The notes under the pieces were generated by a model that saw only the letters and a program-made list of their open reading frames with translations, was not told the DNA's origin and did no database searches. Positions 1 through 8,717 of a DNA stretch of 64,000 nucleotides are shown here, piece by piece (within the stretch, counting starts at the first letter, position 1; each line of letters opens with the position of its first letter). This DNA comes from a bacterium. Its GTDB lineage: Bacteria > SAR324 > NAC60-12. The stretch is taken from NCBI GenBank assembly GCA_965205865.1, contig CBDBHR010000030.1, positions 320,001 to 384,000 of the forward strand, read 5' to 3'. A program made the translations under genes and the position numbers.

Positions 1-412
1 GGTTGAGCAGAAGCAGATGCAGTGTGATTGACTCTGAAAGAAATATTTGGGCCGTTTGGGATTTGATACTTCCTAAGTATCCCCGAATCATCATAAAAAG
101 GTAGACTAAAAAAGCCGACATCCGAGGACACCCTATTTCCAGCCTCAGTTCTTCCGGCTTCAATTCCTCATCTTCTACGGGAAGATGAGGAAGCCATGGA
201 TTCCGGGCTTCCTGCCATCGTTTATCCTCTAAACGCTCTTTCTTTTTATTTCTTGCGTATTTCTCCAAATCCTGTTCAATTTTGTCCAATATCTCCGGCT
301 CTCGCTCAGACAATTGATCAAGTTCTGATAAGAAATTTTCAAATTCTGTATCAGGAGCGCTTAAAAAAAGATGTTTTTCTGCTCGAATGAATGGTTTCAT
401 TTTGGGTGCCAT
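1..412 (-). CDS. 5' part of a probable transposase (ISNCY/IS5-like); runs off left edge
   Basis: My translation from the ATG at 412 is open to position 1 (MAPKMKPFIRAEK...IEQDLEKYARNKKKERLEDKRWQE...GCPRMSAFLVYLFMMIRGYLG). It is not in the ORF track because it has no stop in the window. It lies just past the point where the SBP gene is cut. Family call is from recalled resemblance only. Confidence 0.45.
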   Translation of the reverse strand, partial: MAPKMKPFIRAEKHLFLSAPDTEFENFLSELDQLSEREPEILDKIEQDLEKYARNKKKERLEDKRWQEARNPWLPHLPVEDEELKPEELRLEIGCPRMSAFLVYLFMMIRGYLGSIKSQTAQIFLSESITLHLLLLN

Positions 413-515
413 AATTCTTAATATTGAAGTTATTCACAGTTATTTCAATGAATTATGGCACTTTTTAACCTCAAGTTAAAGATATAATTCTAAAAAATAC
501 CTTTTCGGCTAGGAT

Positions 516-1286
516 CTAGTTAGGATTCTTCGTATAGGTGATAGCGCTGCCCCCTACCCAGTCGGTCAGCTCATAGGGTCCGGTGCCGACCAGGTTCCTC
601 CAATCCTGAGCGTTGCCATGCTCCTTGATTACCTCGGGGGGATATATCCAGCCTGTCGGGTGGCTATTGTAGTAAATCTGATCCCGCGCATTGAAGTTTA
701 CCTGCTTCAGCTTGAAGACAACGGTGTACTTGTCGGGCGCCGTTATCGATTCAATTGGCAAGTTGGTGATACTGGCGTCGCCCGGGCTCTTCTCGGTGAA
801 ACCGCTGCCCAGGCCCGTTACCCGGTGGTAGGTAAACACGACATCATCGGCAACCAGCTCACGCCCGTTCATCGGCGCCTTATTGTGCCAGTGAATGCCC
901 TTGCGGATTTTGAAGATTATGGTCAGGGGGTCTGGCATTTCGTAACTCTCCGCCAGATGTGGTTTAACAACCTCGATAGGAGTATGCCACCCCATATAGC
1001 CCCATTTGTCCCTGGGTATTGCCCAGTCCACCATGCCCAGCTTATCTAAAACGAGATTAATGGATTTATACGGGAGCGTGCCCCACCAGGTGTCAGTGTG
1101 CGGCGGCTCGTCAAGGTCTGCGGCGAAAACAATTTGCCCACCGTATTGAGGCGCTTTTATCATCTTGCTAGTGGATGGGTCTTTGACCATTTCCTGGGCA
1201 AAAGCCACCGAGCCCATCGCCAGAGCAATCGCCCCCGACACACCAAACCACATCCATTTTTTTATTCTTTGCTTAATCTTTTTCAT
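516..1286 (-). pseudogene. Family-5 (Opp/Dpp-type) ABC substrate-binding protein, N-terminal half, truncated
   Basis: Signal peptide (...AMGSVAFA|Q), then motifs MVKDPST..APQYGG, LAESYE, IRKGIHWH.K.PMNGREL.A.DV and VGTGPY. Ends abruptly at TKNPN* in a CTAG. RBS GGAGA precedes the ATG at 1286. Confidence 0.85.
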
Positions 1287-1495
1287 AATAATTTCTCCAA
1301 ATACGATTGAATTAAAAAGGGATTTCGAAAGGGATTTCGTACTCCCACCATTGCTTCTTTTTTTCATTCTATTCCTGATCTTTTTCATGATTATCTCCTT
1401 TCAAATACTATTGAATTAACAAGGGATTTCGAAAGTGAATTCGTACTCCCACCATTGCTCCTCTTATTTTTAGTAGCATCCATCATTTCTCCTTT
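1280..1495. repeat. ~100-bp tandem duplication of the SBP 5' leader/RBS
   Basis: aaatac(g/t)attgaattaa(a/c)aagggatttcgaaag..ttcgtactccc..cattgct occurs at ~1299 and ~1403. Each copy is next to an RBS+ATG on the minus strand. Confidence 0.75.
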
Positions 1496-1762
1496 CTTGT
1501 GATTTAGGGTGAAGGACGCACTCAGGCGTCCATGATTTTCCAAATACCCCATTTTCCTTCGGTTCCTGGAGCTTGGAACGTAGGACTTGGGGCTTGGAAT
1601 TTGAAACGAGAAATCTTAAGGATCTTTCCCCTTCGGACTGGGCGCCACATCCGCGTCGCTTCCGGTACGCCGATGCACCGTATGCGGGGGGCCGCCTCCG
1701 GACCACCGAGCGCGGATCGCCGTGTGCAGACCAACCGTACCAACGGTCCCGTCGAGATGACA

Positions 1763-1932
1763 CTAGTATCGTAAGGCAAAAGTTCGTACATGTTTTTCTC
1801 CTTCTGGCTATTCGTAGCGTTGTCATTCCGGGCGAAGACCCGGAATCCAGGGTCCGTTTCGATACCCTGGATTCCGAGTCTTCGCGGGAATGACACGGAG
1901 AGTGTGTACGAACTTTCGCCACAGTGTACTAG
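1763..1932. mobile_element. Putative MITE with CTAG ends carrying a REP-like palindrome
   Basis: Imperfect terminal IRs CTAGTA..GGC(A/G)AAAGTTCGTACA at both ends. The internal GTCATTCC...GGAATGAC nested palindrome lies at 1822-1894. Confidence 0.55.
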
Positions 1933-1994
1933 GGATAGAACTTGGGACTGGGAACTTAGAAATTGGGAACGGGAAACTAGGAACTGATAACTTA

Positions 1995-2920
1995 GAACTT
2001 ATCCTTAAATAACATTAACTTTCCTGTAAGTTATGATAGCTGCAGCCAATTGAAGCAGTGCGAGATAAGTTTGATTATATTTTTCGAATCGGACCATTAT
2101 CTTGCGAAATCTGTTGAACCATGAATGGCTCACCTCGACGACCCATCTTCTGGGTCTGTATTGGGGATTTGCTTTTTTTTCTTGAATCTCTTCACCCCGT
2201 TTTTTCACATGTGGCACATAATCATTGGATCGAATGATCTGTGATGCTGGCTCACCGTGGTAGCCTTTGTCTGCGCACAGATGTTGTTCAATGCCCTCAG
2301 GCCGCGCAATGACGATTTCCTCCAAGACCAATTCCAACTGTGTCACATCATGCCGGTTCGCCCCGGTTACGACGAGGGACAGCGGGACACCACGGCCGTC
2401 AACCAGCAAATGACGCTTGCTCCCTTTTTTTTCCCCTGTCAGTCGGGTTTCGACCAACGGTTTCCTGAGCCAGTGGGGCTTTGACAGTCGTGCCGTCTAT
2501 GCTTTGCCATTTCCAGGAGATCCCTTCCATCTCATCATATTCGGCAAGTCCGGCTTGCCAAAGCGACAAAAAGAAACCCGCTTCATTCCAACGCATGAAA
2601 TGAGCATGGATGGCACTAGGACTCCCATATTTTTCCTTGGGAAGGGCTCTCCATTGACAACCGGTGCGCAAAACATATACAATTCCCTCGAAAATTTGGC
2701 GCGCAGGCATTGGCTTTCTACCACCACCGGGTTTGCGCTTGTAGGTCTTGTTCGGGTCACGTTTGGGTTTTGGTATCAGTGGCTCCACTCTGGCCCAAAA
2801 TGAATCAGATACTTCCCACGACTGTACTTTTGCCATATAGCCTCCATGCGTTTATGGTTGAACATGATGACAAAAATAATGCAGGAAATACCAATTTTCA
2901 AGTTATTAAAGGATAAGTTC
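1995..2920 (-). mobile_element. IS5-family insertion sequence (IS1031/IS427-like), 926 bp
   Basis: 19-bp IRs GAACTTATCCTT(A/T)AATAAC at 1995-2013 and 2902-2920, with TTA on both flanks. Contains a split transposase. Confidence 0.9.
2005..2836 (-). CDS. IS5-family transposase, orfA (2399-2836) + orfB (2005-2457), joined by probable programmed -1 frameshift
   Basis: orfA has YVLRTGCQWRALP and SIDG. orfB has KRHLLVDGRGVPL, ADKGY and RWVVE. The slippery GGGGAAAAAAAAG is at 2424-2436 (minus). Confidence 0.9.
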
Positions 2921-2929
2921 TTAATAATT

Positions 2930-3061
2930 AATTGGGAATTGGGAATTGGGATTTTGGATTTTGGATTTTGGATTTTGGATTTTGGATTTTGGATTTTGGA
3001 TTTTGGATTTTGGATTTTGGATTTTGGATTTTGGATTTTGGATTTTGGATTTTGGATTTTG
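2930..3061. repeat. Heptamer tandem repeat: (AATTGGG)3 + (GATTTTG)16
   Basis: Read directly: 16 perfect GATTTTG units at 2950-3061. Confidence 0.95.
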
Positions 3062-3671
3062 AGTTTACTCTCATAACTACCTTATTGGCAATATCTTTAA
3101 TTTATACTTGAAACGGGTTAATTTCAGACTTTCATGTCATCCTGAGCAATACGAGGGAACGCATTTTTGCCTTTTCGTCCCTAGAATAAAATATTATATA
3201 AGGCTCTGCAAATGTTTATCAAGCCTTTTTTTATATAAATACCGCGACTCACTGAATTGCCATTCCGTCTTCGGATATTGGAAAAATATGTTTACTCGAT
3301 CTGGAAATGTTTGTCAACTTTTTTTAAACGGCGACTATTGCCCTTTCTTTCCTGGAATAAAATATTGTATAATCACTCTGCAAATGGTTGTCAAGCATTC
3401 AAGGCTATCTGTTCTCAGCTACAGCGGCCCGCGTAGGGTTTTCACTTACAAAAATAACCTGTATATCAATATGATTCAAAAACTGATAGCTGACAGCAGA
3501 GGGCTAAAAGCTAATTTCAGATGCAAAAATACAGAGATGAAAATGGAAAGTCAAACATTTTTCTTAAAAAAATTAAAGGTAACTTTCAGGTCTCTGAAAA
3601 ACCCGTTTAGTTCAATATCGGTGAAAAAAGATTCCCGAGGAGGATCCATCACTTCACTTCCTCCCGCACCT

Positions 3672-3775
3672 ATTTTGAATCGAACGGGCGGGAACCCTCC
3701 CAAGATTTTGTTCAATCGATCGAGCGGGAACCCTCCCACAGCTAATTTTGAATCAAACAAGCGGAAATCCTCTCC
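3672..3775. repeat. Three imperfect ~30-bp direct repeats
   Basis: ATTTTG..AATC.A.C..GCGG(G/A)AA.CCTC.C at 3672, 3705 and 3745. Confidence 0.7.
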
Positions 3776-3919
3776 TTGCCTAAAACAACAAGGCATGATT
3801 TCAGCACTACTACGCGGCGCAAAGCCTATAGCAAGTTTGGATCAGGAGAATTGCGCAATAATGGAGGTCAGCTATAAAAAGATTTATTGCGTCCATCTTC
3901 GGCATGAGCCAAAAAGCGA

Positions 3920-4414
3920 ATGAAGGATTATGTTTATTATGGAAAGACGGAATTTCGTGGCATCCATAGCAATGATCTCTTAAAAATCCGTGAGAAAGTC
4001 AAAGGCCCCGATCATCTCACTCACCTTCAAGCAAAAAAGAACATCTTCCCTGAATACTACTTGATCCGTGTGGAGAACTTCCAGGATATGATCGAAGCAG
4101 ACTTGGATGAATGGATCTATCTGTTAAAACACGAATCCATCAAGTCGGAATTTAAATCGAAGCACATTCGTGAAGCCGGGAAAAAATTAGACCTTGTGAC
4201 AATGGGTTCTGAAGAACGCAAACACTATGAAAGGTATCTTATGCATTTGGTTTCGGAACGAGGAATCATCGAAACGGCAAAAGCAGAGGGGAGAGAAGAA
4301 GGAATCGAAAAAGGAATCACTGACATGGCAAGAGAAATGAAACAAAAAGGGATTGATTTAAAAATGATCAGTGAAATTTCCGGATTGTCTCCGGAGAAAA
4401 TTGAAAAATTATAA
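3920..4414 (+). pseudogene. Rpn family (PD-(D/E)XK recombination-promoting nuclease/putative transposase) C-terminal portion
   Basis: FPEYYLIRVENF..LDEWIYLLK and EGREEGIEKG..MAREMKQKG...ISEISGLS.E.IEKL tail. The N-terminal nuclease domain is absent. Confidence 0.75.
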
Positions 4415-4579
4415 GATCCTCTTATGCTTCCCTGAAACGAGCTGACCAACGGATCAACGTTGACTTGTGACCCCGCGCTTTTCTCAAAAGTTTCTGCAAG
4501 ATTACAAGTCCATCTCATTTTCAAAGTTCAGTGAAATGTCACAAGCATGTTATCCAAGGCGTTAGAATGACAACATATT

Positions 4580-4773
4580 CTGGACTTTGGACATTCGATT
4601 TATTCTTTTAATTTTCATTATTCAATAATATCAGTTGGTTGAAATTCTGTAAAAAATTAATACAGGTTGCTGTTTTCCGTTTTTGATGATACGACCTGTA
4701 TTAATTCCAATACAGGTTCGTAAGATGTTGATTTTATTAAACCCAAAAGTTGGATAAAATGTTCAAAGTCGAG
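4580..4773. mobile_element. 194-bp MITE, copy 1
   Basis: 16-bp imperfect IRs (CTGGACTTTGGACATT / AATGTTCAAAGTCGAG). 8-bp direct repeat AACATATT at 4572-4579 and 4774-4781. Confidence 0.9.
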
Positions 4774-4797
4774 AACATATTGTGAGTAGATCAATTT

Positions 4798-5052
4798 ATG
4801 GGAAAATACGATAAGTTGATTCTCCGAATATTGCGGGGAAACTCCGATGAAAACATTGCTTTTGAAGACTTGTGTGAGTTGTTGAAGCGACTTGAGTTCG
4901 AAGAGAGAACAAAAGGCAGTCATCATATTTTTCGAAAGACCGGTGTGGAGGAAAAAATCAATCTACAGCGTGATGGTAGTAAGGCAAAATCTTATCAGGT
5001 TCGTCAAGTTCGGACTATTATTGCAAAGCATAAGCTTGCTGGAGACGAATAA
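4798..5052 (+). CDS. hicA: HicA family toxin
   Basis: 84 aa, with F..L..LL..L.F.ER.KGSHHIF and INLQ..G.KAK.YQVRQVR. Confidence 0.9.
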   Translation: MGKYDKLILRILRGNSDENIAFEDLCELLKRLEFEERTKGSHHIFRKTGVEEKINLQRDGSKAKSYQVRQVRTIIAKHKLAGDE

Positions 5053-5264
5053 TGTTTAAATATGAAACAATAATTTATTGGAGTGAAGAAGATCAAGTGT
5101 ACATAGCAGAAGTTCCTGAATTACCGGGATGTATGGCACATGGCAATTCATACGAATTGGCTTTAAGCAGTGCAAAAGAAGCCATTCAATTGTGGCTCGA
5201 TACTGCCAATGAGTTTAGTGATCCCATTCCAGTGCCTAAAGGGCATCGGCTCATGTACGCTTAG
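5052..5264 (+). CDS. hicB: HicB family antitoxin
   Basis: YWSEED..YIAEVPELPGCMAHG.SYE.AL..AKEAI.LW. Overlaps the hicA stop. Confidence 0.9.
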   Translation: MFKYETIIYWSEEDQVYIAEVPELPGCMAHGNSYELALSSAKEAIQLWLDTANEFSDPIPVPKGHRLMYA

Positions 5265-5269
5265 GAGCA

Positions 5270-5462
5270 TATTCAAGAAATCGCTCAAAAAGAAGGAGTA
5301 TCCATCAACCAATTTATCTCTTCGGCAGTCTCTGAGAAAATCTCAGCAATCATGACAGAGGAATATTTGGAGCGAAGAGCTAAGAGAGCGGATAGAAAAG
5401 AATTTGGAAAAATTCCAGATCAAGTCCCTCACCGTCCTCCAATAGCAGGAGTTGAGCTGTGA
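5270..5462 (+). pseudogene. 5'-truncated ribbon-helix-helix (CopG/HicB-like) antitoxin
   Basis: My translation is IQEIAQKEGVSINQFISSAVSEKISAIMTEEYLERRAKRA...*. There is no start codon and it abuts the hicB stop. Confidence 0.65.
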
Positions 5463-5585
5463 CCTGTCCAACAATGGCATCCGGACGGACCTTGACCACA
5501 GCGCTTTGATTATGGCAATGTCGGAGGTTACCCCGAGCACAACGATGATCTGCAGACAGATCATTTTTGAGGAAGCAAATAACCG

Positions 5586-5612
5586 GTGGGACGGCAAGCA
5601 CGCCGCCGTCCC
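5586..5612 (-). terminator. GC-rich hairpin downstream of SBP fragment
   Basis: GTGGGACGGC-loop-GCCGTCCCAC stem. Confidence 0.55.
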
Positions 5613-5666
5613 ACGGGGTTTAGGGGATTCCTGGAGCAAGGCGAGACTAGTGCCCCATCTCTGGCT

Positions 5667-5960
5667 TCACTCTTTGTCGACCCGGAGGTACGCGAAGATG
5701 TCACTCCGGTTCATGGGGCCGAGCTCCTCTTCGCTGTTGTAGCCCTTGATCCATGGTTGGGTGACACCGAACAGGGGAGTTATTGGCCCCCTGATCGTCC
5801 ACAGTTGCTCGGCGACGCGCAGGTCGGCCTTCCGCAGCCACTCCTTCTGCTCCTCTATCGTGATAGCGGCCCGCGCATTCTCGAAGTACTCGTCAAAAAC
5901 GGGGTCGCTGTTGTTCGAGGGATGCCAGGAGTTCTTCGAATAGTATGCCGCGATCGACAC
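5667..5960 (-). pseudogene. Family-5 SBP C-terminal fragment
   Basis: N.SDPVFD....ARAA.T.EEQ...QPWIKGYN.E, similar to the C-terminus of the 28240 SBP. Confidence 0.75.
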
Positions 5961-6313
5961 CGGGGCACTTCAAGCGCGCGGATGCCATGGAGTACCTCGC
6001 AAATGCGCAGGATGCGTGGTTTCCGCCAGATGAGCCTGACGAGACCGAGTCGATTGAAAGCTTGATCGAACGGCTCGACGCAGCGGTCCTCGGGCTAATC
6101 GAGGCATTGGACGATGACAGCGCTGATCTGCAGCGGCTACTCGACGAAGCGCGTCGTTCTCATGATGACACTCATTGGATGTGAATCTCCCGATCAACAT
6201 GTACGATTCAATACTGATCTTGAAACCCGCTGGAGTTGAGCGATTACTAATTCGAGACACGCATCAGGGTACAGCGAGAACAATAGGGTCACCGAAGTTA
6301 GCAGCTGAAAAGG

Positions 6314-6389
<76 letters not shown>

Positions 6390-6542
6390 GTGTCTTGGAC
6401 AGGTAGATCGCAAGCCTATCGAAAAAATAGATTTATTTCAAGAAAAAACTACGCCTTTTTAACAGTTCCGTATAAAAGCCATGAAAATTAACCTTGCACG
6501 CCTCTTCGGTCTTCTCTTGTATAGGCCGGGTCCACTTGCCAT

Positions 6543-6985
6543 TCAAGAATCATAGCTATTGTCTTGCAAAAGCCGGATCAATTTCCCATGTGCGGCAGGG
6601 AAAGAAAACTGAGCGATTTGATGCAAGGCCACCCATTTGACGGAAACAGATTCATTTTGCGGGTCATGCTCGTTACAAGAACGTAAAAAGCAGTGCAGGG
6701 TCACTTTGAAGGAGGTGTAACCGTGTTTGATGGTCGACAAATGTTGCTTGATCGTAATGCGAACATGGTGCTGCTTTCGCATTCCGGTGACCAATTCCTT
6801 CTGCATGTCTCGGTCTCCATTTAAATGGATATTGGGAAATTCCCACAATCCTGCCATCAATCCCTCTGCAGGACGTTTGCGAATTAAAAACCGGTCCTTC
6901 TTTTGAATGACTGCCAGGATGGTGGTGATGGATTGCAAAGGACGACGTTGTACTTTGGCGGAGACCTGCTCCGTGGAACCTGCCT
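6543..6985 (-). pseudogene. mutY: MutY A/G adenine glycosylase C-terminal (NUDIX-like) part; N-terminal catalytic/Fe-S part missing
   Basis: LIRKRP.EGLMAGLWEFP, IKHGYTSFKVTL and FPAAH.KLI motifs. In-frame stop shortly upstream. Confidence 0.7.
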
Positions 6986-7018
6986 TAAGAAGAATAAAAA
7001 ATCCATTCGAGTTTCAGG

Positions 7019-7212
7019 CTGGACTTTGGACATTCGATTTATTCTTTTAATTTTCATTATTCAATAATATCAGTTGGTTAAAATTCTATAAAAAATTAAT
7101 ACAGGTTGCTGTTTTCCGTTTTTGATGATACGACCTGTATTAATTCCAATACAAATTCGTAAGACATTGATTTTATTAAACCCAAAAGTTGGATAAAATG
7201 TTCAAAGTCGAG
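7019..7212. mobile_element. 194-bp MITE, copy 2
   Basis: Near-identical to 4580-4773, flanked by a different direct repeat TTTCAGG (7012-7018, 7213-7219). Confidence 0.9.
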
Positions 7213-7313
7213 TTTCAGGAAGACGTGAAAAATTTGAATTTACATGAGTTCTGATATCCCGTAGAATTTGATTCGGGGATTTCACTCAGTATATACGTAG
7301 GAGCCTTCAAGTC

Positions 7314-8693
7314 ATGCGTTTGGATGATACAATTGCGGCCATTGCCACGGCAACAGGACCGGCAGGCATCGGTGTGATTCGGATTAGCGGAAATAGAGCC
7401 ATTCGTGTTGCCTGCGCAATTTTTTCCCCTTCCCATTCCGAACAGAATTTCGAGGAGGCGCAATCGCATCGTCTCTACCATGGCTGGATCCACGATCAAG
7501 GGCGATCTCTGGACGAAGTGCTGGTTGCGGTGATGCGAGCTCCGCATTCCTACACCACGGAGGACGTCGTAGAAATCCAGTGCCATGGCAGTGTTGCTGT
7601 CTTACAAACTATGCTGGAACTGATATTGAAGCATGACGTGCGTTTGGCCGAACCCGGAGAGTTCACCCAACGCGCCTTTTTGCACGGAAGACTGGATTTG
7701 ACGCAGGTTGAAGCCGTATCCGACCTGATTCATGCCCGTTCTCGTCTGGGAATTTATACGGCTGTCAATCAACTGAAGGGAAAGTTGTATGAGGCGATTG
7801 CTGCGATCCGGGAAGACGTAGCCCATGTTGCGGCCTTGATTGAAGCCACTATTGATTTTTCTGATGAAGACGAAGAATTCACGCAGCATGAGGAATGCGT
7901 GACACGTCTGGAGCAGACCCGTAAGGATTTGGAAGCGCTTCTCTCCTTTGCAGAACAAGGGAAGATCCTGCGGTCCGGTTTGGGGGTGGCGCTGATTGGC
8001 CGTCCCAATGTTGGAAAATCAAGCTTGCTCAATGCCTTGCTGCAGGAACAGCGCGCGATTGTGACGGAAATCCCCGGAACCACCCGAGATGTCATTGAAG
8101 AATCCATCCATTTTAAAGGACTGGCCATTCGCTTGATCGATACGGCAGGGATCCGCATGACAAAAGACATTGTTGAAAGCGAAGGTGTGCAGCGTAGTAG
8201 AAATGCCTGGGAAACTGCAGATATGGCGCTCCTGCTCCTCGACAGTTCCACCTCGTTGTTTCCAGAGGACAAGCAACTCCTGGAGCAAGCAGATCCGGAG
8301 GAAACCATAGTGGTGCTGAACAAAAAGGATTTACTCTCTGGTGATCAACCTGCCTGGATCGAGCAGTGTCATCCGTTCAAGACGGTATTGGTTTCGGCAA
8401 AGCATGCGGCGGGACTGCAGGAATTGGAAGAATCCTTGTTTGAAAAAGGGACCCGAGATGGGTTTTTGATGGAAGAACAAGCCCTCATCACCAACGTACG
8501 ACAGCAACAATCAGCCAAGAAAGCATTATTCGCCTTGCAGGTTGCTCTGGAAGACTTGCGCAATAGGGTGGGAGAAGAATGCCTGGCGGTGGATCTCGCC
8601 GGTTGCTTGCGCGCCCTGGGTGAAATCGTCGGAGACACGACGGCGGATGATTTATTGAATCGGATTTTTTCGCAGTTTTGTATTGGGAAATGA
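7314..8693 (+). CDS. mnmE: tRNA modification GTPase MnmE
   Basis: DTIAAIAT, GRPNVGKSSLLN, PGTTRD, DTAG and C-terminal IFSQFCIGK. Confidence 0.98.
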   Translation: MRLDDTIAAIATATGPAGIGVIRISGNRAIRVACAIFSPSHSEQNFEEAQSHRLYHGWIHDQGRSLDEVLVAVMRAPHSYTTEDVVEIQCHGSVAVLQTMLELILKHDVRLAEPGEFTQRAFLHGRLDLTQVEAVSDLIHARSRLGIYTAVNQLKGKLYEAIAAIREDVAHVAALIEATIDFSDEDEEFTQHEECVTRLEQTRKDLEALLSFAEQGKILRSGLGVALIGRPNVGKSSLLNALLQEQRAIVTEIPGTTRDVIEESIHFKGLAIRLIDTAGIRMTKDIVESEGVQRSRNAWETADMALLLLDSSTSLFPEDKQLLEQADPEETIVVLNKKDLLSGDQPAWIEQCHPFKTVLVSAKHAAGLQELEESLFEKGTRDGFLMEEQALITNVRQQQSAKKALFALQVALEDLRNRVGEECLAVDLAGCLRALGEIVGDTTADDLLNRIFSQFCIGK

Positions 8694-8717
8694 ACCCCGA
8701 CTTTCCGGTTTATTCCA

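Noticed and set aside
2846-3076. ORF with (ILDFGFW)n
   Set aside because: Translation artefact of the GATTTTG repeat.
3108-3923. 271-aa ORF
   Set aside because: It spans promoter-like and short tandem repeats and has no recognisable motif. Only the last codons belong to the Rpn remnant.
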